DNA of 64,000 bases, from NCBI GenBank assembly GCA_051313645.2, contig JBNRSN020000026.1, positions 41,850,001 through 41,914,000 of the forward strand, read 5' to 3'. Shown here one piece after another: positions 35,868 through 48,854 of the stretch. Each line of letters begins with the position of its first letter. Position 1 is the stretch's first letter. The position numbers and the translations under genes are program-made. The notes under the pieces are model-generated. The model saw only the letters and a program-made list of their open reading frames with translations. It did no database searches and was not told where the DNA came from. This stretch comes from Centroscyllium fabricii. Taxonomy: Eukaryota.

Positions 35868-36862
35868 TATTCACAATATAGATTAATGATCTAGACAAGG
35901 GAACTAGATATAATATCTCCAAGTTTGCAGATGACACAAAGCTGGGTGGGCGTGTGTGCTGTGAGAAGGATGCCAAGAAACTCCAGTATGATTTGCACAG
36001 GTTGGGTGATTGGGCAGAAGCATGGCAGATGCAATATAATGTGGATAAATGCGAGGTTATCCAGTTTGGTGGCAAAAACAGGAAGGCAGATTATTATCTG
36101 AATGGCAATAGATTGGGAGAAGGGGAACTGCAACAAGACCTGGGTGTCTTTATGCACCAGTCGCTGAAGGTAAGCATTCAGGTGCAGCAGGCAGTTAAGA
36201 GGGCAAATGGTATGTTGGCATTCATAGCAAGAGGATTTGAGTACAGGAGCAAGGATGTCTTGCTGCAGTTGTATGGGGCCTTGGTGAGGCCACATCTTGA
36301 GTATTGTGTGCAGTTTTGGTTGCCTTATCTGAGGAAGGATGTTCTTGCCATGAAGGGAGTGCAACGAAGATTCACCAGACTGATACCTGGGATGGCAGGA
36401 ATGACGTATGAGGAGAGATTGGGTCGATTGGGCTTATACTCGCTGGAGTTTGGAAGAATGAGAGGGGATCTCATTGAAACTTTAAAAATTCTAACAGGAC
36501 TAGACAGACTAGGTGCAGGAAGGATGTTCCCGATGGCGGGGGAGTCCAGAACCAGGGGTCACAGTCTAAAGACAAGGGGTAAGCCATTTAGGACAGACGA
36601 GGGGGAATTTCTTCACCCAGAGAGTGGTGAACCTGTGGAATTCTCTACCACAGAAGGCAGTTGAGGCCAATTCATTAAATATATTCAAGACGGAGTTAGA
36701 TATATTTCTTGAGACTAAAGGGATCAAGGGATATGGGGAGAAAGCAGGGACCGGGTACTGAATTTGGATGATCGGCCATGATCTCATTAAATGGCGGAAC
36801 AGGCTCGAGGGGCTGAATGGCCTATTCCTGCTCCTATCTTCTATGTTTCTATGTTTCTATCT

Positions 36863-37110
36863 TATGTGCGGGTTAGGTTGATTGGCCAGGATAAATTGAC
36901 CCTTAGTGTTAGGGGGATTGAATATGTGGGGTTACGGGGATAGGGTGGGAATATGTGTCCATGCAGGCTTGATAGGGATATGGGGACAAGACAGGGACGG
37001 GGTGCTGGGTTTGGATGATCAGCCATGATCTCATTGAATGGCGGAGCAGGCTCGAAGGGCCGAATGGCCTACTCCTGCTCCTATCGTCTATGTTTCTATG
37101 TTTCTATGAT
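36863..37110 (+). mobile_element. 5'-truncated V-SINE, tail type 2
   Basis: Matches the 3' half of 34457-34844. Confidence 0.85.
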
Positions 37111-37117
37111 CGCAAAT

Positions 37118-37362
37118 ATCAGCTTGAATCAGTAGGCAGCACTTGCTGCTCTGAGTCAGAAGGTTGTGATTCAAACGCCCACCAGGACGTGAGCACACAA
37201 TCTAGGCGAACACTTCAGTGCAATACGGAGGAAATGTTGCACTGTTGGAGGTGCCATCTTTTGGATGAGATGTTAAACTGAATATTAAAAAACCCCATGG
37301 TGTTATTTGAAGGAGAGTAAGGAGTTCTCCTGGTGTCCTCGTTAACATTCCTCCCTCAACCT
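37118..37362 (+). mobile_element. Old Deu-domain (SacSINE1-like) SINE
   Basis: TCTGAGTCAGAAGGTTGTG head; GATGAGATGTTAAAC..CCCATGG..GGAGTTCTCCTGGTGTCCT core. Confidence 0.6.
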
Positions 37363-37954
37363 TTCTCAGCTGTAAAACGGGCAGAATGATGACAAATTTG
37401 GCTTTGGGATGGCCCGCACCCAATCTTAGCATGCGTTCGGGTCACTGCTAAATTCGGCAGGTCCACTCTTGAGGCATCCCTAGCACTGCCTGAAACAGGC
37501 GTTCGGCCGCCTTATATATGTAAATGGGGGCCTAACATCTGTTTTAGGTTCCTTTGCCAAAACTAGCTGGCGATGAGCGGAGAATGAGCCGGGCCTGCTG
37601 CCCACAGGACTCTTCAGCTACCTCTGACAAATAGGTCATTTTTTTTTTAATTTAAAGATCGTTGCTCCAGTGCCAGAAGGAGCAGAAGTGCTCCCCCTAC
37701 TCCACGGCACCCGTGATCGCCTGCTCCCCCCACCCCACTTTGCTTCACCTTCGCCTACTGGGATTTATCTTTCATGGTGAGGCAGCGGGCCTGATAGTCA
37801 TCTTTAGCAAAGGGGCAAACTGCCTGAGGAGGCGTGACGGGCGCTGGCAGCTCACGTAGATATCAATAATGAGCTCCGAGGACCAATCTCGTGCCGGCCT
37901 TCGGCCTCCCGGTTGGGGCGGAAAAGGTGCCAAAACCAATTTCTACCCCAGTAT

Positions 37955-38135
37955 CTTCCTTTCAAGGCTGAAAGTCCCAAGTTTCTCCAGTATTCCCGAA
38001 GGATCAGGGTTATGGCTCTTTTACCTCCAGGGCGTTAATGTCACCCTGGTACCTCAGTGGCCAGAACTGCCCACAATACGCAAGGTGTGATCTGACCAGA
38101 GCACTGTACAATGTGATCATGACTTTCTCCAACTT
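37955..38135 (-). mobile_element. Old CR1 fragment
   Basis: LYSALVRSHLAYCGQFWP. Confidence 0.65.
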
Positions 38136-39337
38136 GTACTCACCATAATACAATTCTGCCCTATGTGTATTGGGCAGTTTAAATATTGACAAAATTGCAA
38201 AGTGGCTGTATCTTCATTTTTGGGACAAGGCTAGCCCTTCTATACTGTAGCGGCACTACCCAGGGAAACCACTGGGGCTTCCCCTCTCAGGCATAATCCC
38301 CATGCAACGGCCGGTCCCGCCCCCGCAGTCCCATTGGACAACCGGTTCGCCAGCCTCGGTCCCTCAGTGGCTTAAGCAACCGCCACTCAGACCGACCCAG
38401 GCGCCCCAGAGTGCTTTGCGGATTCGCGGGTTTCCTCCTCTTGGGGCGTTACCATTCAATACCGCGGTGCTACGTGCAACAGCGCCATGCCGTCGGCAGC
38501 ACATAGCGCCATGTTACTACAGGCCTCCCTCTCCTGATTAATGGGGAGGGGCCTAGCGCAGCATGCACTGGGCCCTGCTGGACCACTGGGGAGCGGGGTG
38601 CCAGGAAAGAGCCCGGCACTTAAAAGAGCTCAAGAGCCCTTTCACTGGCAGTGCCGCAAACACGTCACCCTGATCCTGTCGGACATGGCGTCTGGCAGTA
38701 GGAAGTTTGAGGCCGGGGCGTGAGCGGGGAGCTGCGCAGGGCGATGACAGCATCGCCGGAGGTGCAGCACCGCGGGGCGCTTCTGGCTACCACTGCCGCC
38801 AACCTCCCACTGAATTTTGCAGTAGGCGTCAGCGACGCTGCGCCCGGGCATTAGAAGCTTTACGCCCCATTAGCGCTCCAAGGGGACGCTAACGGGAGGC
38901 ACAAAGCAACCCAATTTTCCCCCATTCTCTCTTGAATTACTGTCAGCTTGAGTGGCTGTGCTTTGTTATTTATTCCAGTAGTCTATTACTCTTTAATTGA
39001 CAAAATTCCACTTGACTTTCCTTCTTATTCTTAAGAGCGTGTTAATTTTGAACATGCATCTGCTGGTATTTAAAACCTTCAGCACAGCAAAAAACAGGAA
39101 AAAAACAATGGGGTGAAATAAGATATTTCCCTGTAGTAGAATGTACTTCCACTGAATGGGATTCTAGCCAACAGCTCAAATAGGGATAATGAATAGACTC
39201 AGCACACAGTAGTTGATGAATGTGGTTCTTTGTCGTGATTGACCAGAGAGAATGCAACCACATATTCAAAGGTTAATAATCGACAGGGTATTTAACAAGC
39301 ATCTCTTTGCAATTTAATGACTGCTTTTACATGAACC

Positions 39338-40110
39338 AACAACAACTTGTATTTATATAGGGCGGCACGGTGGCATAGTGGTTAGCACTGTTGCCTCACA
39401 GCGCCAGGGATCCGGGTTCAAATCCGGCCTCGGGTGGTTGTCTGTGTGGAGTTTGCACATTCTCCCCGTGTCTGCGTGGGTTTCCTCCGGGTGCTCCGGT
39501 TTCCTCCCACAGTCCAAAGATGTGCGGGTTAGGTTGATTGGCCATGATAAAATTGACCCTTAGTGTTAGGGGGATTAGATATGTGGGGTTGCGGGGATGG
39601 GGTGGGATGTGTGTCGGTACAGGCTCGATGGGCCGAAATGGCCTCTATCTGCACTGTAGGGATCCTATGATTCTATGATAGCGCCTTTAACATAGTAAAA
39701 TGGCCCAAAGCGCTTCACAGGAGTAACATAAGACAACAACAAAAATTTGACACCGCGCCACTAGAGGGAAAATTAGGGCAGATGAACAAAAGCTTGGTCA
39801 AAGAGGAAGGTTTTAAGGAGTGTCTTAAAGGAGGAAAGAGAGGTAGAGAGGCGGGGAGGTTTAGGCAGACAATTCCAGAGCTCAGGGCCTAGGAAACAGA
39901 AGGCACAGCCACCAATGGTTGAGCGATTATAATCAGGGATGCTCAAGAGGGCAGAATTAGAGGAGCACAGATATCTCAGAGGGGTTGTGAGGCTGGAGGA
40001 GATTATAGAGATGGGGGGGGGCGAGGTCATGGAGAGACTTGAAAACAAGGATGAGAATTTTGAAATCAAGGTGTTGCTTAACCATGAGCACAGGAGTGAT
40101 GGGTGAACAG
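39338..40110 (-). mobile_element. L2-type LINE 3' end interrupted by a V-SINE
   Basis: STIGGCAF..GPELWN.LP..LSSFKTLLKTFLFDQAF; tail GGCGCTATATAAAT..(TTG)n. Confidence 0.75.
39360..39677 (+). mobile_element. HE1-like V-SINE, tail type 1
   Basis: Full head, V-domain and (TTCTATGA) tail. Confidence 0.9.
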
Positions 40111-40870
40111 CTAAGCTCAAAAAAGTAGATTTAAAAAATACTGATTGAGGGGGAAGGGTACCTTATGAGAAATATTATAAAATGCGTCTCTGCCTCAAGT
40201 TTTCAGAAATCTGATTTGTGCAGAAGATAAAATCTTGCCTCATTTCCAATGAGTTTCTTTTCCCAAAGTTACGTGATTTATAGTTCTGACATTACACTTA
40301 CATATTTGAAATGGAGGCAGATCTGTTGTGAAAACTAATGAGTGCAGCGTATTCCCTGTGCTGATTGCAAAATAAAAGACAAGTATTAATATTCATGGCT
40401 ACCCCCATCTTTGTGATTGAAATACTGAAGTAATGAAATGCAGTTTGTCAGTGCACTGCAGGATAACACATAACCATCAGGCAAGGCATTATGGTTTGGG
40501 GATTTGCGTTTACAGCAGGCTTTGGAAGTGCCAGTCACTGTGTTACCATTAACCTTCATTTTATTTCTGTTTAAATGTTTCTTCCATTCTTTTCCTCCTC
40601 CTCTCAATATTCAAACCCAGAGCCCTACAGCCTATTAATCCGCTGTGAGACAAAGGATTAGCTACGGTGTATCGCAAGTAAACAAAGTGATAATACCATT
40701 TGTGATTTATAGTAACTTTCTCTGCAAGATGTGCTGCCTTGCTCCCTAAGGAAAGCAATCTTAACTTGTTCAATATTATCCGTGCACTTTCATGCAATGA
40801 ACCAATTTGCAGCTACTGGAGACCTTTGGCAGGGATATACTTCAGCATCAGAAATATTTTCAGATATACA

Positions 40871-41170
40871 CCGGTTGAACACCGGTAATTCGGCACCCTC
40901 GGGACCAGGCCGGTGCTGGGGCATTGAAAATTCCGAACCACTGAAGGTTCGGTGGGAGCACGGGTAGAACACTCCCCGGGGAGGAAGCCCGGGGATAGAA
41001 CACTTACAAGATCTAAAAAAGCAGCAACCCAAACGCCCGACGCCTTTGGCGCTCGCCCACCCTTCGCGGGAAATGGTGGCACCGCCGAGCGGCTGCTCCG
41101 CAAACTGAAGACCGCCGGTTTCCATTCGTGCCGGACCACTGAAGGTGCCGGATTACCGGTGCTCAACCTG
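40871..41170. mobile_element. Tigger-like MITE
   Basis: Homologous to 34845-35157; right TIR GGTGCTCAACCTG|TA. Confidence 0.8.
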
Positions 41171-41177
41171 TACCTGC

Positions 41178-41588
41178 TTCTTTTTTTATTCTTTCACGGG
41201 ATGTGGGCGTCGCAGGCCAGCTTTTATTGCCCATCCCTAATTGCCCTTGAGAAGGTGGTGGTGATCCGCCTTATACAACTGAGTGGCTTGCTAGGCCATT
41301 TCAGAGGGCAGTTAAGAGTCAACCTCATTGCTGTGTGTCTGGAGTCACATATAGGCCAGACCAGGTAAGGACGGCAGATTGTCTTCCACATTAGTGAACC
41401 ATTAGTTTTTACAACAATCCGGTAGTTTCACGATCACCATTACTGATACCAGCTTTCTATTCCAGATTTATTTTTTAAAACTGCATTTAAATTTCCCAGC
41501 TGCTGTGGTGGGATTTAAACTCAAATCTCCAGATCATTAGTCCAGGTTTACTAGTCCAGTACCCTAACCACAATACATTATCTTACCC
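41178..41588 (-). mobile_element. tRNA SINE, same family as 4292-4775
   Basis: Colinear homology. Confidence 0.75.
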
Positions 41589-42084
41589 AAATATGCAGTG
41601 ATTTGATTTTTGAATTAATTGCGAGGGATGCAACTTATTTTAAGTTTATATTTGCATCTTAAAGTTGCAGTATTTCCTTATTTCATGCTTTTTGTTTAAA
41701 TTGCATTATATTAATGAATAAACTTGACTAACTCTGCCAGTAGGCAACCACAGAATAGGTGCATCTTCTAGTGTTTGAGTGCCAAGGATGAAGTATATAG
41801 GTTTAAAATAAGACAATACTGCTCCAGTTTGGTTGAGTGCTCAGTTCAACACTCAATCCTATGTGCTGTAATACCATTGATTACCACTAGCAGGCGTGCA
41901 ACAGGGAGATGTTCTGCTTCTGCACTCCAAGCACATGAGGGGAGTATACAGCAGAAAGCTGCATATCCCCAGTCCACGAATTTCCAAATTTTAATGGACA
42001 GAAAGCAGTGAGCAACTTTGTGATATGAACTCAGGCACCCACGACACTGATGGGTTATCCTTTTAAATCTGTAGTAGCGCTCAC

Positions 42085-42305
42085 TGTAATGTTACTATCT
42101 TAACAGTAAATTACTGAGAGCCACACGAGATGAGAATCACTCTTGTACTTTTAATGAGGTCTCAATTCCTTGCCCGTTCAGGGCACTCTGACCATGTGGT
42201 CAAGATGGCTTCCTTTTATACTCAGAGGCTGGTGTCTTTACTGCAGCCGTAAAGCGTGTCCTCCAGCCCCCGACAGTGCATACATCATTACATCACATCA
42301 TTACA
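42085..42305 (-). mobile_element. Solo LTR of the Gypsy C family
   Basis: Homologous to 56677-56888; TSD CTCAC. Confidence 0.88.
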
Positions 42306-42588
42306 CTCACTTTCCCCACACGTTCGACTCATTGAACTGAACATTTGGCATGCGACCCTCTTTGAGTAAACCTCCATTCAAGAAACGGTCACCACTCACC
42401 CAACCACATACTTTAGAGTCAGTTCTCACTTTGGATTTGATTACAGCTTTTCGCACTCTGCAATTTCTTAAGCCACATCAGGTTTTTTTAAGCTGGGTAA
42501 ACATCCTCTGCTCAGGGATTGTGATAGCTTGCTGTTATTCTGACTGGTACGCGGACTGCTCATTTCATTGAAAAAATGCTGTGTCGGG

Positions 42589-42894
42589 GCGTGGGTTTCC
42601 TCCGGGTGCTCCGGTTTCCTCCCACAGTCCAAAGATGTGCGGGTTAGGTTGATTGGCCATGATAAATTGTCCCTTAGTGTTAGGGGGATTGAGTATATGG
42701 GGTTACGGGGATAGGGTGGGATATGTGTTGGTGCAGGTTCGATAGGGATCGAGGGATATGGGGAGAGGGGCAGGGGCGGGGTACTGGGTTTGGATGATCA
42801 GCCATGATCTCATTGAATGGCGGAGCAGGCTCGAAGGGCTGAATGGCCTACTCCTGCTCCTATCTTCTATGATCTATGATCTGTGATCTATGAT
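42589..42894 (+). mobile_element. 5'-truncated V-SINE, tail type 2
   Basis: Partial V-domain and HER1 tail. Confidence 0.85.
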
Positions 42895-43654
42895 CAACAT
42901 TGCTATGGAGATTCCCTTGTTAGAACAGTCACAGGCAGTTGCGACCATTTTCATAGAGGTATAATGGCATTAATTCTGTTACATTTATGCTTAAATCAAA
43001 GAACTACATCACACTAAGATTTTGCAGGTAGTTTGACCATTAAAGTGACTCTTGAACTGATGCAAAGCCAAACGCCAACTTGACCAAGAACATTTCCATA
43101 TGCTTTAAAAGATCTTCGCATATTGCAATTAATATAATACAATATTTAACGATAATAAGATTGTAGTAGTAGGATTATATGTAGCATTAGGACATGATTC
43201 AATAAAGCAATGTGATACTCATCAGAATCAGACTCCGAGTAGATGGAAGGTATCTGTTCCATAACGGGGCCGTGATGCGTTCTTTCTTTGTTTAAAATGC
43301 ATTCTTTGTCACATCAGTATGTTGTTCTGTAGCAATATTTCTATCTGACAATATTTTGCAAATCACTGTTAACAGTTCTCAAATGTCGTAGAGATCCCAG
43401 GCACTTTGTTCAATTATTTAAAAAAACATATTTATCCCAGACACTAGTGAAATAATGGAACAAACTCCCAGAGAAAAGAATTAATTCGGGGTCAATTGGT
43501 GCCTGTAAAAAGGAACTGGATCAAAATTTGTTGAGAGGTGGGATTGAGTGTCAACACCAGCAATCGTTTTTTTTCAGAGGAGTTCTGGGAAGGAAATTAA
43601 AGTTACGTAATATAGGTGGGGATCAACAGGTGGTGTACGAGGAAAGTCGGTGAT

Positions 43655-44062
43655 TGAAGTTTAGAAGATTAAGAGGGGATCTCATCGAGACTTATAAAAT
43701 TCTGTCAGGCCTGGACAGGTTAGATGCAGAAAGGATGTTTCCGATGGCGGGGGAGTCGACAACCAGGGGGCATAGTCTAAGGATAAGGGGTAAGCCTTGT
43801 AGGACTGAGATGAGGAGGAAATTCTTCACACAGAGAGTGGTGAACCTGTGGAAGTCTTTGCCACAGAGGGCGGTGGAGGCCAGTTCATTGAATATATTCA
43901 AGAGGGAACTGGATATATTTCTTCAGGCTAAAGGCATTAAGGGATATGGGGAGAAGGCAGGGACTGGGTACTGAACGTGTAAGATCAGCCATGATCTCGT
44001 TAAATGGCGGAGCAGGCTCGAAGGGCCGAATGGCCTACTCCTGCTCCTATCTTCTATGTTTC
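43655..44062 (+). mobile_element. CR1 3' end
   Basis: RRLRGDLIETYKI..GYGEKAGTGY plus tail. Confidence 0.9.
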
Positions 44063-44657
44063 TTATCATACCCAGGCTCTGGATGGACTGGGCTTGATGG
44101 GGCTGAATGGTCTTTTCTCACTCTGGATTTTCCTACGTTCTCAACTAAAAAGCAATGTGATATTAAAAAAAATATTTTTGAGCTGTTGGGAGTTTATGGC
44201 AAGTTTGAACTGTTTCCTTTGTTTTGGCTTACACATTTCTAATTACCAATCAGATATATAATTATGCTTTCTAGACATAGTTAGAAGGCCAATTTAATGG
44301 CATTTGTATTCGCCACATTTGAGTAATTTTTGAAACTGATCAAAAGATGAGCTGAAAACTTTCCCTCAATCCCCGATCACCTCATCAGAAAATGAATCAA
44401 CTCCCCACTGCCCAGGTACCTGACCCTTTTCCCATTCGTAGCTGATGCGAAATTGTAAAGATATTTAAATGAATACTGTTGTAAAAGCTGAGCCTAATAT
44501 TTTTGATGGTTGAATGAAATGGATTAGATCATTTGGCCAGCATAGATATAAAATAGAAATAAATATTTCATCAAAATAATTGAATATAAATTGTCACATA
44601 GCCGATGAAGTATTTTAGTTTTACACTTACATTACAGAAAAGTAATTGCCACCTGAA

Positions 44658-45322
44658 TAAGAACATAAGAACATAAGAAATAGGAGCAGGAGTCGGCCAT
44701 TCGGCCCTTCGAGCCTATTCCGCCATTCAACAAGATCATGGCTGATCTTCTGCCTCAACTCCATTCACCGGTCCTATCGCCATATCCTTTGATGCCTTTA
44801 CTAGTCATAAATCTATCGACTTCTGTTTTGAATATACCCAATGAATGAGCCTCCACAGCCCTCTGGGGTAGAGAATTCCAAAGATTTACCACCCTCTGTG
44901 TGAAGAAATGTCTTCTCATCCCAGTCCTGAATGGCCTGCCCTTTATCCTGAGGCTGTGGCTCCTGGTTCTAGACTCCCCAGCCAAGGGAAACATTCTCCC
45001 AACATCCACCCTATCAAACCCTGCAATGATGTTGTATGCTTCAATGAGATCCCCTCATTTTTTCTGAATTCAAGAGAATACTGGCCTAGTTTACTCAATC
45101 ACTTCTCATACGACAGTCCCGCCATCCCAGGAATCAATCTCATGAACCTTTGTTGCACTTGCTCTATGGCAAGTATATCCTTCCTTAGGTAAGGAGACCA
45201 GAATTGTACACAGTACTCCAGGTGTGGTCTCACCAAGGCCCTATATAATTGGAGTAAGACTTCTTTACTCCTGTACTCAAATCCTCTTTTAATGAAGGCC
45301 AGCATACCATTTGCCTTCCTAA
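44658..45322 (-). mobile_element. CR1 3' fragment
   Basis: ORFs 45099-45416 and 44755-45009; (TTCTTATG)n tail. Confidence 0.9.
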
Positions 45323-46419
45323 TGGAAATGTTCTGATATCTTATTCCATCCTTTGTTGTGAAATATAAAGAATATTTCAGATTTATCACCATAGTACTCT
45401 CCAGATGTGCTTTCACTTAACCCATAAAATACTGAATTCATAGGAATTCAGTGCATTGTAGAATGTTACAGCACAGACACTGACCATTCGGCCCATCAAG
45501 TCTGTGCCAGTGTTTTTCTCCACATGAGCCACCTGATCTAATCTCACTCACCTGCTTGCTCGCCATACCCTTTAATAAAGAACGACTTGCATTTATATAG
45601 CGTCTTTCACCACCTCAATGTGTAAGGATAAGCCCAGCAACTACAGGCCAGTCAGTTTAACCTCGGTAGTGGGGAAGCTTTTAGAAACAATAATCAGGCA
45701 CAAAGTTAAATTGGACAAGGATGGATTAATTAAGAAAAGCCAGCACGGATTTGTTGAAGGCAAATCGTGTTTAACTAACTTGATCAAGTTTTTTGATGCG
45801 GTAACAGGGAGGGTTGATGAAGGCAATGCGGTTGTTGTGGTGTACATGGATTTCCAAAAGGCGTTTGATAAAGTGCCACATAATAGGCTTGCCAGCAAAG
45901 TTGAAGCCCATGGAATAAAAGGGACAGTGGCAGCACAGATATGAAATTGGCTAAGTAACAGGAAACAGACTAGTGGTGAATGGCTGTTTATCAGACTGGA
46001 GGAAGGTATACAGTCGTGTTCTCCAGGGGTTGTTCCTGTGACCACTGCTTTTCTTGATATATATTAATGACTTGGACTTAGGTGTACAGAGCACAATTTC
46101 AAAATTTGCAGAAGACACAAAACTTGGCAGTATAGTGAACAGTGAGGAGTATAGTGATAGACTTCAAGAGGACATAGGCAAGCTGGTGAAATGGGCGGAC
46201 ACATGGCAGATGAAATTTAATGCAGGAAAGTGCGAACTGATACATTTTGGTATGAAGAACAAGGAGAGGCAATATAAACTAAAGGGTACAATTCTAAAGG
46301 GGTTGCATGAACAGAGAGACCTGGGGGTATATGTGAACAAATCGTTGAAGGTGGCAGGGCAGGTTGAGAAAGTGGTTAAAAAAGCTTACGGGATCCTGGG
46401 TTTCATAAATAGAGGCATA

Positions 46420-47653
46420 GGGCTTGAATTTCATCGGGTCGTTGAGACGGGATTGGCGGCGTATGGGGTTTAAAATCACAAAATCAGGGGGCACGAACCC
46501 ATCCCACCCCCATCCCGCCTCCATGCCCGTTTCCCAGGAGGCGGGTACCCGACCTGTGCGGGGAGCTGCCACCCCGAGGCGGGAAGGGGATTAGTGCCAA
46601 TGAACTGCCTGTTAACAGGTAGTTAACAGGCAGTTTTTAGCCTAATCCCTATTTTTATCCCTGAAATGTGGGATTCCCGATGGCGCCAAACCGCGCCAAG
46701 TTAGCGAGGCAGACCGTCGGGCTGAAGGACTTGGAGGGTTCGAGATGTCCGGTGTTCGGGTGAGTGATGGGTGCATGAGTGCAGAGGTAAGTGTGTTTAG
46801 TGTGTGTAAAGTGTTTAAATAAGTTTTACTAACCTTTACTTAATAATGCAGGCTTCCTTCCTTCAGGTCTCGGGAGTCCCTCATCTCACCGGCACAGAAA
46901 GCAGAATGGCTGCCGGCTGTCAAAAGTTCCAGCATTCAGCTTTCTGTTCCGGGGAGATCTCTAAACATAGAAACATAGAAACCAGGAGCAGGAGTAGGCC
47001 ATTCGGCCCCTCGAGCCTGCCCCACCATTCAATGAGATCATGGCTGATCATCCAGGTTCAGTACCCTGCCCCTGCCCTGCCCCCACACCCCTCGATCCCC
47101 ATCGAGCCTACACTGACACATATCCCACCCTATCCTCGTAACCCCACATATTCAATCCCCCTAACACTAAGGGTCAATTTATCCTGGCCAATCAACCTAA
47201 CCCGCACATCTTTGGACTGTGGGAGGAAACCGGAGCACCCGGAGGAAACCCACGCAGACACGGGGAGAATGTGCAAACTCCACACAGATAGTACCCGAGG
47301 CTGGATTTGAACCCGGGTCTCCAGTGCTGTGAGGCAACAGTGCTAGCCACTGTGCCACCGTGCCGCCCATCCTGAGAGGAAGGAATTAACTTAGTGTACA
47401 GATTGTCAGTGTTTGACAGCTGTCAAATGCTGATATTTCATCTGTCAAAAGCTCTTGACAGATGAAATGTCAATCTGTGACGTCACCTGTTGCCGGGTGG
47501 CCCTTAATTGGCCTTCTGAGCCCGCTGGGCGGACTCAACAAGGTCAATCAAGGAAAAATCGAGTGAGTTGGCCACAACTCGATGGAGGCGGGACTACAAC
47601 CCCAAAAGTGGGAGTCCCGCCTCCTACATGCCTCCATTAATAAAATCCAGCCC
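46420..47653. mobile_element. Harbinger-type MITE
   Basis: Imperfect TIR GGGCTTGAATTT/AAAATCCAGCCC; splits CR1 codons RGI|YKS. Confidence 0.75.
46963..47368 (-). mobile_element. HE1-like V-SINE, tail type 2
   Basis: Full-length reverse copy. Confidence 0.9.
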
Positions 47654-48166
47654 TCATACAAAAGCAAGGAAGTTATGATGAAACTTTATAAAACACTGGT
47701 TCGACCTCAGCTGGAGTATTGTGTCCAATTCTGGGCACCGCACTTTAGGAAGGATGTGAAGGCCTTACAGAGGGTGCAGAAAAGATTTACAAGAATGGTT
47801 CCAAGGATGAGGGACTTCAGTTACGTGGATAGACTGGAGAAGCTGGGGTTGTTCTCCTTAGAGCAGAGAAGGTTGAGAGGAGTTTTGACAGAGGAGTTCA
47901 AAATCATGATGGGTCTAGACAGAGTAGATAGAGAGAAACTGTTACCATTGGTGGAAGGGTCGAGAACCAGAGGACACAGATTTAAGGTGATTAGCAAAAG
48001 AACCAAAGGCGACATGAGGAAAATAAATTTACGCAGCGAGTGGTTAAGGTTGGTGGAGGCAAACTCAATCGTGGCTTTCAAAAGGGAATTGGATAAGCAC
48101 ATGAAGGAAAGTATTTGCAAGGCTACGGGAAAAGGGCGGGGGAGGGAACTAGCTGAAGTGCTCTTA

Positions 48167-48854
48167 TGCCCCAGTTTCACTGGAGGCTAAGAATTGCCGA
48201 ATCGTGCCGATTGTGAAATTTGTCCGATTCGTGGGTAATTCTTGCGATTCGTAGTGGATTCGTAGCGGATTCGTAGAGTTCGCGGAAGTTCGCGGGATTT
48301 CTTTGAGGTTTCAAGAAAGTTTTTGTTTGGCAAAAAATTTCGTGGGAGGGTTCACGAATGCCCAATTCGTGATAGATTCCTAAACAATTCGTGACCCTTT
48401 CTTACCATTCGTGACCCTTTCTTACCGTTCGTAACTGATTCTTAGTGGATTCGTAGTGCATTCTTGCCTATTCTTGGGCATTCTTGATTTTCTCAAATTC
48501 GTGGAAAAACGCCGAATTCATCACGAATGTCCACGAATGTCCACGAATGCACTACGAATGCACTACGAATGCAATTCGTAGATAATTCGTAGCTAATTCG
48601 TAGAATTCGTAACTAAATCGTGGAGGTCGTAGTGGATTCGTTAATTAATTCTTCATATTCGTGAGTGATTCGTACCTCATTCCTACAATAATTCGTGATA
48701 GATTCTTAACCTTGTCCAGAATCGCCAAGAATTCACCAAGAATCGCCAAGAATCAACCACGAATTTTCGCATTTTTTGCAGAATCGCCAAGAATTTCGAT
48801 TCCTGACGATTCTTGATATTCTTGACATTCTTAGCCTCCAGTGAAACTGGGGCA
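48167..48854. mobile_element. CpG-rich PIF/Harbinger MITE
   Basis: Perfect TIR TGCCCCAGTTTCACTGGAGGCTAAGAAT, TSD TTA; dense ATTCGT/ACGAAT repeats. Confidence 0.92.

Larger units (their letters stand above)
35207..36860 (+). mobile_element. 5'-truncated CR1 LINE
   Basis: HGF..KSCLTNLLEFF, YLDFQKAFDKVPH, SGVPQGSVLGP, KFADDTK. Confidence 0.92.

Noticed and set aside
37365-38925. GC-rich patches as CpG-island promoters (also 48918-50000)
   Set aside because: They end in AATTTC..CCC-type termini and share blocks with Harbinger MITEs; fragments with unclear boundaries
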